Assembly (NCBI GenBank): GCA_008632985.1
Contig: QPGO01000066.1
Coordinates: 389,771-437,525 of the forward strand
DNA from: Psammoneis japonica
Lineage: Eukaryota
Direction of reading: 5' to 3'
Length of the DNA: 47,755 nucleotides
A model generated the notes under the pieces. That model ran no database searches. It was not told the DNA's origin and saw nothing but the letters and a program-made list of their open reading frames with translations. Positions 25,231 to 36,916 of this stretch are shown piece after piece (the first letter of the stretch is position 1; the number at the start of each line of letters is the position of its first letter). The position numbers were made by a program, and so were the translations under genes.

Positions 25231-27468
25231 ATGAGAAGCACAGATGAGGGGTGGGGCAAGTTGCTTGCTTGGTTTGGTTTTGCCCATTTGGGGATTCCCC
25301 AAAATGGCCAGGGCAAGGGGGAGTTGCCTTGTGCTTTTGGTGGAATCCCAGGAAATGAGGGCAACGCCTGAAAGGGCTCAGGGGAGAGGAACAAAAACAA
25401 ATGGAATGCAGTGATGTCCTGCAATCACACTGGGCGGGTGCTCTTTTGTCACCATGATGACCGAGCGAGCAACGCGATGCGATGCACAACAATGATTGCA
25501 TCAACACATTGACGCAAAGCAGCCCCTTGTGATGGAGCAAGGAAAAAGAAACTTTGCACTTGAGGGTGGTTGGTTGCCACTTTTTTTGGCTCAAATTTGG
25601 TCAAACAGCTTGTGGTTTGTGCATGATTTTTCCTGAAATTCACCGTGCTTCACCGTGGCAAAAACAACAAGCCACAAGTCTGTGACAGAGGTGGTCTGTC
25701 TGCCAACTCTCATTTGTTTTATGTTTGTCATGTGTCAAAGATTGTGCGTGCATGAAAAGTTGACAGACAGCACGCTGCATTTTTGAGAAATGTCACAATG
25801 ATTGTCATCATCGTCGACTGGGTGTGACCATGAATGATTCTTACATTCAAAAATTGACACTGTGAAAAACCTCATTCAAGTGCAATGGTGATTCCAGGAC
25901 AAACACGGGGATGACTCCCCCCAAATCTGCCATGTTGATGTTTGCTTGTGTGTGTTTTCATTTTTGCCTTGTCCTTTGCTCCAGAGCCCTTGTGGTTTGC
26001 ATTTGTGAACATGCGACACAACAAGAAGGAAGGAATGCATGACACACTGCGTTCTGCAAACAAGATGCTTCAAAGGAATGACAAGCATGACCACTCAATC
26101 TGACATGTTTTTGTTGGCCGTGTGAGGTTCCACTTTTGCCTGAGCCTTTGCTTTGGACCTCTCATGGTTTGCATTTGCAGCTGCACAAAAGCATCACTCT
26201 GAACATGAAATGTGTCAATTGGAAAAATGAGCAAGACCATTCAATCTGCCACATTTTTGTCAGCCATGCACGGCTCAACTTTTGCCTTGGACTTTGCTGC
26301 AGATGCCACATGGCTTGCACTTGTGGCCACACAACAAAAGAGCAAGTGCAACAATTTGAGCTGTCGATCGCAATGTTGTTCACTTGATTGACTGGCATCA
26401 TCATTGTTTGACAAAAGCCATCACAAATGTGGTGCGAGCACTCCATGGCGTGTTGCCCATTTTTGTTGTGGCCAGTCGATTGTTGATTTGTGCATCTGCG
26501 GTGTGTGGTTGTGCAAGTGCCGGCGCGCAGAACACATGGAAATGTGCAAGAGGGGAAGCACGGGGAATTGCCAATGCGTTGTTTTTTGTTCATGTGTTGA
26601 GCACACATGTGACAAAGCGTCACTTGTGCTTTTTCCCCAGGAGGAGCTCACGCTTCCCATGGAAAAACACAGCAAAAGGTGGCAAATGCCAGGGAATTTG
26701 AGGAAATCCATGGCAAAACCAAACCAAGCCTCACTGCGCTTGTCCTTCAAATGTGCAGAGCTGTGTGCAGTCACTCAAATCAACATTGCCCAGGTGGCTC
26801 ATTGCTTGGATTGCCCTCAAGAATGCATGTCTTGACCTCTGCTCTCTTCCAAAAACACCAAATGAAATTTGGCCCATTTGTCAATGCCTTTTTCATCTTG
26901 TTTCACCAAGACAGCTTGCTTGGCAGCCCCCCCCCCTTGTTCTTTTCATTCAACCAATTGCAGATGGCAGCACCCATGATCTTCAAATTGTCCTCAATGC
27001 CCAGGACAACTGGCCAATGTTGTTTCTCAATGTGCAGTTGCCAGGTCTTCCTGCTCCAATGCAGGACCATTGTGGTGCAGTGCAGTTGCCGTGCTCAGCA
27101 ACTCATCATCAAAATTGCCTTTTTTCTTGCAGGTGACGACTTTTCAGCTGACTTTTCAAGGTTTGGCCCTTTCATTTTTGACTCTGGCCAACTGGCTCTC
27201 TCTTTCCTCCTTGTCTGCAGAAACAAGTCCTCGATGCATTCCAGGTGCAGGTGGGAATCCCTGCAACATTGGGCGCCCATGGAACACTGCGTGTGCAAGC
27301 TCCAAAATTGTCAGGCAACAAACACATCAATGATCGCCAACACAGAAAAGAGGCAATTTTGCGAATGCACAAACTTGTCCATGATTGAAGTGCGCCATTT
27401 TTTACTCAGCCAGATGCATTGTTCAGACATTGAAGAATGCACCTGGTGTGTTTGGGTGAAGTGTTCCA

Positions 27469-28428
27469 GACGGGTTCCAGCCCCAGGTGGGACTTTTTGT
27501 GACATTTGGCCCATGGAATTCTACGTGCGAGCTCCGCATTGTGAGAATTTAATTGATGCATGTTTTTATCTTCAACGTCAAACAAATGACGTGTTCCAGC
27601 CGCACGTGACCCAAATTGTGCACAAAAACGACATTTGCGCGATTTTTGCACGGTCTCTGACTTGCGAACGGTTTTTCACCACCAAAAGCATAGATTCATT
27701 CAAATTCCAATGTTTTGCAACACCAACAAGGCTCGTGTGAGTGTTGCAAAATCATTGTTGTTGTGCCATCAATGTTTTTCATTGCGATGAACGAATCGCA
27801 ACACAACGGATGATTTTCGGCGAAGTTGTTGCCGTCATTTGGATGTCAACTGAGTGTGTCTTTCTACGATGCTTTTTAGCATGTTTTCCACTTTCGAAGA
27901 AATTTCAGCATAAAAGGTGCGCACGTGCAATCAGTGTTGAGTCTGCTGAGGAAGTTTGTGATGCACATCCCATGAGGAATTTAACACCCCACAAAAAACT
28001 GTTTGATTCTTCACAACCATTCACACTCGAGACGCCCATCAAAGCCAATCCGCTTGAGTGTTTTGTGTGAAAATGCTTCACACACTAACAGACACATGAC
28101 CCATGTTCAAAATTGATTGTCGTTTTGTGTGTCACCTGGGACTGGAACACGTCAAATGACCAAGTTTGTGGTGCAATTGTGGCCATTGCCGCTTGACGTT
28201 TTCGGCAATCCACCTGCCCTGCGCCATTCTTGAGACAATTGCAAATGGTGCAGAAGAAAAAAATGTCAAAAGTTGTTGGACGGATCGCTCAACAAGTGTG
28301 CCACAAAATGACACAAAATTTCAGAAAAGTCGCGCACCTTTCTACGTGCGTGACATGCGGTGCGATCCAAAAAACTGTCGATGTCACAGTTCAGCAGTGC
28401 GAGGTCCCACCCAGAGCTGGAACGCGTC
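27469..28428 (+). mobile_element. MITE type C (~390 bp without its insert), third layer, inserted in the left TIR of layer 2
   Basis: Ends gacgggttccagcccc / ctggaacgcgtc; TSD tcca at 27465-27468 and 28429-28432. Confidence 0.85.
27588..28153 (-). mobile_element. MITE type B (566 bp), innermost layer
   Basis: Perfect TIR gacgtgttccag / ctggaacacgtc; TSD aaat at 27584-27587 and 28154-28157. Reverse-complement homologue of 14482-15048. Confidence 0.93.
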
Positions 28429-30151
28429 TCCAGACGCAGGTGGGAATCCGTGTAACATTGGGCCCGTAGACTTCTACATGCAAGCTCCGCAGTGAAATTG
28501 TGTGGCAATTCAAATGTCAATGATCGCCAAAAAAAATGAGGCAATTTTGCGAACACACAAACTCGCCCATGATTGAAGCACATTGTTTCCATGAACTCGT
28601 CACATGAAACGTCTGGGGCTTCGCAAAACAGCGAGTCTGGACAATTTTTTTTAAATGTCACACGCAGAAATCTGCGCGCGAAACATGCGACGGATGACAA
28701 AAATTGTTGGTGTCACACGTCAGTGCTGCGAGCTCCCACCCAGGGCTGGAACGCGTCGGGTCCCCCTGCACTTTTGTTTGACAAAACATCTGGGGTTTTG
28801 CAAAACAGCGAGAGTCTGGAACAATTTTTTGGAAGATCACACACAGAAGTGTGCGTGCAAAACATGATGTGATGGTTGATGAAATGTGATTGTGTCACAC
28901 GTCACTGCTGCAAGCTCCAACCCAGGGCTGGAACGTGCCCCTCCATCAAACAACTCTCTCCATTTGCCAGGCAGGTCTGCATCATTTTCACACAGAGCTG
29001 GCCTCCACTTGTCTTTGGCACCCTCACCCACCCCTTGCCATCAAATGTGCAGAAGGATCATGGGCATGTGTTCTTCATGAGAGCTGCCCTTTTGTGCTTC
29101 AACTTTGTGCACAGCAACCCAACAAAATGGCCCAGCAGCGAGTGCACACATGCCTGCAGAGACTGAATGATGCCACCACCTGTTTTGACAAAAACACGCG
29201 GAGGTAAAAGAAGGAGCTTTTCTTCAAGGGAGCCTTGGCACTTGCTGCTTTTTTGACACTTTCCAAGCATGGAGCTAGCGCAACAAGTCATTGGTTTGTT
29301 TGCCTCTGCTCTGTGCAACAAAAATGTTCTTTGACAAATGTGGTTGTGGAAAATTCCCAGTTCGTTGTTTGTGCAGCACACCCAAGTTTTTCTTGCACAG
29401 AAAAAAATCATTGCCATTCTTGCGCAAACTGCTGTGTGCTTTCGTGACCGTGAACGACATTGATCAAGTGAGATCATCGCTGAAAACCGTCGTTGAATTG
29501 AGCGTTCTTCATTGTTCGCAGAGAGTCACAATTCAAACCTGTGTGTCATCATGCAAACGGCAAAAGTTCTCTTTGAGTGATAGCAAGATTTTAATTATGG
29601 TCATTTTCTCTGTTTGTTCGATGTTGGAAACATTTATTGCGTCTTTCTAATGTCCATCCTACCTTGAATTTCGTATGCTGTAGAACGATGAGATTTTTCT
29701 CACTCAACATTTATTGCGTTATTGCAGTGTCCATTCTACATGAAAAGGACGTAGAGCAGAATAATTGCGCAGCTTCCATTGTCTGTTCAACTGCCTCAAA
29801 TGACTTTTCGGAGAAACAACACGAGGAAGGCATAGACAAAAAAGCCTTACACATGTTGATCAGTGACATTCAGAAACACTCATTTAACAACATCTATCAC
29901 TTTTGTCGGAGAGACATCTGCTTGGATGTCCCTATTTTGTCTAGTACAAAGATTTCGTAGAATCTACGCAAGGGTGGTGCAAACATCCGGATCTCACTTT
30001 CGTGACAAACGGTATTGGCGGTGAAATAGGGTTCGCACTTCGCACTGTACTGCATCACGCAGAATTGTACGAAGTAAATCACCAAAATTTCAAAAGATCG
30101 CATCACAAAACACATGATACAACACAAACTACGATACGATAAGACTTCCCC

Positions 30152-33100
30152 ATGATGAAAACGACTACGGCATTTAGCGCTTTGGCGCTCATAGCCCTCC
30201 AATCATTCACCTCGGTGCATGGAAATCTTATGGTAAGTGATGTGTGGCACTGCGCCTTGTCAAAACCGTCGTTTTTCCACTTTTCACAGTACAGTTCTCA
30301 TGGGGGACAAGGGGGAGGAGCAGCCCGATCACCCTGTACTTTTCACCGTTCTGCCCTATTGCTCTTGTATGATGGCACCCAAACGCTTTAGTAGCGTTCT
30401 GGTGACTTTGCGCATTGTCAAACTTGTCGTTTTCCCCTGTTTTCCCCAGTTTTACGTGGAAAATCAACGATCCACCCTGCATGATGTGTCGTCGTTCTTT
30501 GTTGTCGTGCGTGTATATCGCCACTGCATTACCCCATTGCATGATACTATTTCTGTATCTTTTAACTTATGAATGGGGGATGCATCTGGTATTCTCAGCG
30601 TCCATACAAGAGGCGTTTCCGGCGTCGAACGCCATGGTCGTTTGGAACGTTCTCAATCGAATCAGTCAAAGAAATTTCCGTTGACACGATGGCTTCTCAT
30701 CCATCACCGTGACGTCAGCACAGAAAATTCTACGATTACTGTGTCTTTGTCTGTGTGGTATCGTGGTGCCCGTTCGGATGACTTGCCGAAGTCGTCGACC
30801 GACCGCCGACCGCCACGATGATGACGGATGACGGCTATGACGTTGTTGCGTTGCATTGTTTGATCGACTCGAGGTACTATCACTCATCATCATCATGTAT
30901 TACTATATCAACTCTCATCATGTATTGTCCATACTCTCATCCTATGTAGACTCGCTTCAGTAGTCTTTGGCGTGATGATCATATTGAAGAGCATCATTTG
31001 CGTGCGGACGAAGCGCATCGTCATCAACCCATCAACGTCAGTGACGGAGTCGTCGTCAAGAAGAAGACGGGAGGAGAGGAGCACGCGCAGTTGCGTGGCG
31101 TGGAGGATTGGTTGGTAAGTCAACTGCACAGTAGTGGGTTCTGTTTGTTATTGTGGAAAGAAACTCACTTTTTTCAAATAAAATACTGGTTACTTCAGCA
31201 GGGCGATTTTGTCCGTCGCGCTGGGGAGGCGGCTGAAAGCGAAAGCCGCGTACTCGGTGGTAGCACATTCTATCCGGTTGGCGACTCGTGCACGGACGAT
31301 AACAATTTCGTTTTTACCTATGTGGGATACTATGATGATGGTACCAATTATCGTTTTAAATATAAAATCTGTGGAGGAGGGGATAAGGCGCTCAGTCACT
31401 GGAACATTGAGATTGGTCAGGCCGATAAATGTTTCATTGACTCTGATGTCGACTGTCATTTCGGTGATTTCGATGGAAATTCGGATGAGAATACTTGCGG
31501 TCTTACAGTTCCTGGCAACTCTGCAAAGTGTGACACGGAGGGCTGGCCCGGCAACGCTCCGGACCAGTGTGATAAAATGACACTGACGTTTCCGAAATGC
31601 GAAATCTCATCGCCAACAGGAGGAACAGCGGTTGGTTACTCAAAGCCAGGTGGTGGGCAAGGTACCTGTAATGCAGCCATCGCTTGCTCAGTAGACGGAC
31701 CTGTCTGCGGCGACTGTGGTGGTGGACCGACGTGTCCTGATAGTTGTCCCGTTTGTCAGATCTGTACTAACCCTGACGATGGTTGTGTGAATATTGATAA
31801 CGCTGCGGGCACCGCTTGTGACCTTGATGGCGATGGAATCAATGATGGTTGCTGCGCTGACGTTAACGGCGACACGCTATTAACTTGCGAGACGAACCAA
31901 GTGCCCGACCTCGGCAATTCGGGCTCTTGTACAGCTCCGTGTCCCGATACTTGTGACCCTTGCCAATATTGCAATGATGAAAATACCGACTACCTGTGTG
32001 TCCCCGATCCGGACCAGTATGGTGAGGCTTGCACGGATGGTGGAGAAACTGGATGTTGCCCTGGAACGGGTGCCATCGGCGAAGGCACTTGCGACACGAC
32101 TCAAGTGCCCGACCCCAACAACGAGGGTGTTTGTACGGATCCGTGTCCTGCTACTTGTGGCCCTTGCGAATATTGCAATGAATACACCGGCTACATGTGT
32201 GTCCCCGATCCGAGCCTGTATGGTGAAGCTTGTACGGATGGTGGAGAAACTGGATGTTGCTCTGTCGGTGCAGGTACTTGCGACACAACTCAAGTGCCCG
32301 ACCTCGGCAATCCGGGATCTTGCACAGCTCCGTGTCCTGATACTTGTGACCCTTGCCAATATTGCGATGATGAAAATACCGACTACATGTGTGTCCCCAA
32401 TCCGATGCATTATGGTGAAGCTTGTATGGATTCAGAAGGAAATTATGGATGTTGCCCTGGAATGGATGCCCCCGGTGAAGGTACTTGCGACACAACTCAG
32501 ATTCCCAACCACCCCCCGAACGATCAGTGCCGAATTCCTGGCTGTCCTCCTTGCGGTGAATGCGAGACATGCAATGATGTCACCTATCTGTGTGAATACG
32601 ATCCTTCACTGGAACCCGTCATCGACAATGATGCAATGGACATGACTGTGCAGTGCGACGGAATGGGTAACACTGCGGATCTTCACGATTGGCTAAACAG
32701 TTACGGCGGCGCGACGGCGACTAACCCGCCTCACGAATGGAGCAACAACTTCGATAAACTGTCTTATGCTTGTGGTGGGACTGGATCGGCTACGGTTACG
32801 TTCACGGCGACCAACGACTGTGGTGAGGCATCCACTACCGCGACGTTTACCATTCAAGACACTAAAGCTCCGACCATCACGAAACCCGCAATGGATAAGA
32901 CTGTGGAGTGTGACGGAGAGGGTAACACGGAGGCTCTTCACGCATGGCTAGCCAACAACGGCGGCGCCGTGGCGGATGACGCTTGCGGTGATGTTACTTG
33001 GACAAATAACTTCTCCCATGTTGTGCTATCTGATGATTGCCCTGAGATTGGATCGGCTACGGTCGACTTTACCGCGACTGATGAATGTGGCAACTCAGCC

Positions 33101-36100
33101 ACGACGACTGCGACGTTTACCATTGAAGACAAAACACCTCCGAAGATCACGAAACATGCAATGGACATGACTGTAGAGTGTGACGGAAAGGGTAACACGG
33201 AGGAGCTTCAAGCATGGCTAGAGAACAAGGGTGGCGCCGTGGCGAATGACGCTTGTGGTGGTGTTAAATGGTCCCACAAGATCATCGATGAATCTGACGA
33301 TTGCGGTGAGACTGGATCGTATACGGTCACATTCACCGCGACTGATGATTGTGGCAACTCGGCAACCACTACCGCGACGTTTACCATTGAAGACACCACA
33401 CCTCCGGAAATCACGAAACATGCAATGGACATGACTGTAGAGTGTGACGGAAAGGGTAACACGGAGGAGCTTCAAGCATGGCTAGAGAACAAGGGTGGCG
33501 CCATGGCGAATGACGCTTGTGGTGGTGTTAAATGGTCCCACAAGATCATCGATGAATCTGACGATTGCGGTGAGACTGGATCGTATACGGTCACATTCAC
33601 CGCGACTGATGATTGTGGCAACACGGCAACCACTACCGCGACGTTTACCATTGAAGACACCACACCTCCGAAAATCACGAAACATGCAATGGACATGACT
33701 GTAGAGTGTGACGGAAAGGGTAACACGGAGGAGCTTCAAGCATGGCTAGAGAACAAGGGTGGCGCCATGGCGAATGACGCTTGTGGTGGTGTTACTTGGT
33801 CCAATGACTACGATTCGAGTCAGTCTGGTGCTGGTGTGTGTGGTGCAATTACCGTTGTGTTCACGGCTACCGATGAGTGCGGCATGACGTCATCGACATC
33901 TGCGACCTTTACTATCAAAGATAGTTCTCCTCTTACAATCAAGAAAGATGCAGAGGATAAGACTGTGGAGTGTGACGGAAAGGGTAACACGGCGGCTCTT
34001 AACGCATGGCTAGCCGACAACGGCGGCGCTCATGCAAGTGATGCTTGCGGCAGTGTTGATTGGACCAACAACTTCTCCCATGTAGGGCTTTCTGATGATT
34101 GCGGTGAGACTGGATCGGCTAAGGTCAAGTTTACCGCGACTGATAAATGTGGCAACTCGGCATCCACTACCGCGACGTTTACCATTCAAGACACCACACC
34201 TCCGAAAATCACGATGGATGCAGAGGATGTGACCGAGGAGTGTGGAAAGGGTAACGCGGCGGCTCTTAGCGCATGGCTTGCCAACAACGGTGGCGCCGAG
34301 GCGGATGACATTTGTGGTGGTGTTAAATGGTCCCACAAGATCATCGATGAATCTGACGATTGCGGTGAGACTGGATCGTATACGGTCACATTCACTGCTA
34401 CCGACTCGTGTGACAAAAAGTCAACAACGACTGCGACGTTTACCATTCAAGACACTACACCTCCGATCATCACGACACATGCAAAGGATAAGACTGTGGA
34501 GTGTGACGGGTCGGGCAACCAGGCGGAGCTTACCGCTTGGCTGAACAGCAACGGTGGTGCAGTTGCGACCGATGCTTGCGGTGATGTTACTTGGAAAAAT
34601 AACTTCTCCCATGTAGGGCTATCTGATCTTTGCGGTGCGACTGGATCGGCTACGGTCGACTTTACCGCGACTGATGAATGTGGCAACTCAGCCATGACGA
34701 CTGCGACGTTTATCATTGAAGATACTACACCTCCGAAAATCGAGCCAGGTGCAATGGACATGACTGTGGAGTGTGACGGAGAGGGTAACACGGCGGCTCT
34801 TAACGCATGGCTAGCCGACAACGGCGGCGCCAAGGCGACCGATGCTTGCGGCAGTGTTTCTTGGTCCCATGAGTTCTCTGGTCTATCTGATGGTTGCGGT
34901 GAGACTGGATCGGCTAATGTCAAGTTTACCGCGACTGATGAATGTGGCAACTCGGCATCCACTACCGCGACGTTTACCATTGACGACACTGAACCTCCGG
35001 AAATCACGAAACATGCAATGGACATGACTGTAGAGTGTGACGGAAAGGGTAATACGGAGGAGCTTCAAGCATGGCTAGAGAACAAGGGTGGCGCCATGGC
35101 GGATGACGCTTGTGGTGGTGTTAAATGGTCCCACAAGATCATCGATGAATCTGACGATTGCGGTGAGACTGGATCGTATACGGTCACATTCACCGCGACT
35201 GATGATTGTGGCAACTCGGCAACCACTACCGCGACGTTTACCATTGAAGACACTGAACCTCCGGATATCACGACACAAGCAATGGACATGACTGTAGAGT
35301 GTGACGGAAAGGGTAACACGAAGGAGCTTCAAGTTTGGCTAGACAACAACGGCGGCGCTCATGCAACCGATGTTTGCGGCAGTGTTTCTTGGACCAACAA
35401 CTACTCCGTACTATCTGATGGTTGCGGTGCGACGGGATCGGCTACGGTCACATTCACTGCTACCGACTCGTGTGGCAAAGAGTCAACGACGACTGCGACG
35501 TTTACCATTAAAGACACTACACCTCCGAGCATCACGACACATGCAAAGGATAAGACTGTGGAGTGTGACGGGTCGGGCAACCAGGCGGAGCTTACCGCTT
35601 GGCTGAACAGCAACGGTGGTGCCGTTGCGACCGATGCTTGCGGTGGTGTCATGTGGTCCAACAACTTCTCCGAACTATCTGATGATTGCGGTGAGACTGG
35701 ATCGGCTACGGTCACGTTCACTGCCACCGACTCGTGTGGCGTAGCTTCAACGACGACTGCGACGTTTACCATCGAAGATACGAAGGAGCCTGCTGTTAAA
35801 GGTGTCCCTGACGACGAGTCGGTAGTTTGCGAAGGTATCCCTGTAGCTTCGTCTAATGTAATCGCGTCCGACGCTTGTGACGATTCTCCCGTGGTCTCGT
35901 GCGAAGACGTTTATGCGGACGCGGTCTACTTCCCTGGAGTGATCATTACTCGCACGTACACTGCCACGGATGATTGTGGTAATTCTCACGACGCTGACGT
36001 CCAGACGATTACAGTTGTGGACACGTGCTCGGCGGACACGGCAGATAGCTTTTCTGGTCCGTGGGTCAAAGTTTCTGTCGAGATTACGAACGTCTTGGTT

Positions 36101-36589
36101 GACGGCGTAGCCACTTCAGTCTGCATGGAAGTGAGAGTTGTTGATCAACGCACTGCCGACATTCGCGGAGTCTTTTTCGAGACCGCCAAGTGGTCTGATT
36201 TGGACGACACCAGTGTCACCGCGACTCTTTTGGAAGGCACTGTAAACGGTAAACCTAACCCAGGCTACCCTGTCCGTGGACAAGTCGCGTACGGAGCAAA
36301 AATCGATCGTGTGAGCAGGGATGTCACCATGAAGGGAGGCGGCAGGAATGCTCACACGTACAATGTTGGAGTAGAGACTGGTTCACCGGGAAAATCGAAG
36401 GACGACATCCAGGCTGTTTTGGTGTGTGTCGACGGTCTGACAACGGATGACATTCACGGTGAGGTCGGCGTCCGCATGACCAGTGTCACTGACAGGAAAG
36501 GAGGCCGCGAAGATAGCAGCAAATCCTTTGGGCCCGTTGATTGTTGCGTCACCGGAGTCGAACCAACGGTGAGGGCCTGTCCTGTATAA
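30152..36589 (+). CDS. Large secreted Cys-rich / HYR-like repeat protein (~1,880 aa), putative adhesin or extracellular-matrix protein; exons 30152-30232, 30950-31114, 31199-36589
   Basis: Signal-peptide-like start MMKTTTAFSALALIALQSFTSVHG. GTAAGT donors at 30233 and 31115; acceptors AG at 30948-30949 and 31197-31198, the second with a CTCAC branch site ~31164. All junctions are phase 0 and in frame with the 1863-aa ORF. Architecture: pro-region (LRA/LRG, RVL), Cys-rich domain, 3-4 ~65-aa Cys repeats, 12 ~88-aa repeats plus one divergent unit, C-terminal globular domain, TAA stop. TA and CG content is normal. Confidence 0.88.
31890..32600 (+). repeat. Intragenic Cys-rich tandem repeats (~65 aa; CPDTCDPCQYCNDENTDYxCVPDPxxYGEACxDxxxxGCC)
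   Basis: Three near-complete units plus partial flanking units are visible in the translation. Confidence 0.85.
32620..36025 (+). repeat. Intragenic array of ~264-bp HYR-like repeats (12 full + 1 divergent)
   Basis: Unit DTTPPxITxxAxDxTVECDGxGNxxxLxAWLxNxGGAxAxDxCGxVxW...SDxCGxTGSxTVTFTATDxCGNxxTTTATFTI. Units starting near 33130, 33394 and 34985 are almost identical at DNA level. Confidence 0.95.
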
Positions 36590-36916
36590 GATGGAACTGA
36601 TGATGAGTGAGGATTGGATTTGATGGACGGAGCGGCGGCTCGAGTGGAGGATACACATTTGTGCATGTTTGAGAGAAAGATGGTTCGGCGGAACATCAGA
36701 AGAAAAGAGACCAGATGGCAGACGCGTCTTTGTTGTTGCATATCACAGGAAAGCCTAAGCCTTGGTCCGTGAGTCGAACACAAAAATTATTGACACATGG
36801 AAAAAACAAAAAACTCATGGATGCAAGAGAAAAACCAACTGTACTTGGATAGATAGAGTTAATATCTAACAGGAGCTTGGTGCGGTTGAAACATGGTGTG
36901 TAAGTAGAAACATTGT

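Larger units (their letters stand above)
27458..28757 (+). mobile_element. MITE type A, second layer of the nest
   Basis: The left TIR gaagtgttcca|gacgcagg is split by the next insertion; right end is ctggaacgcgtc. TSD gggt at 27454-27457 and 28758-28761. Confidence 0.85.
27233..28939 (+). mobile_element. MITE type A, outermost layer of a four-level nest
   Basis: Ends gatgcattccag / ctggaacgtgcc; TSD cctc at 27229-27232 and 28940-28943. The halves 27233-27457 and 28762-28939 join into a ~400-bp type A body. Confidence 0.85.

Noticed and set aside
25230..26760. Short inverted similarity (ggcaaaaccaaaccaagc) between ~25265-25300 and ~26700-26730, and nearby ORFs
   Set aside because: Too degenerate to assign a family or boundaries.
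30998..31198. ORF-track start at 30998 for the 1863-aa ORF
   Set aside because: It is a TTG inside exon 2 and reads through an in-frame 84-nt intron (31115-31198). The ATG with a signal peptide is at 30152.
32620..36025. Regular repeats as a CRISPR array or a bacterial contaminant
   Set aside because: Units are 264-bp in-frame coding repeats with no unique spacers, and the gene has spliceosomal introns and eukaryotic TE flanks.
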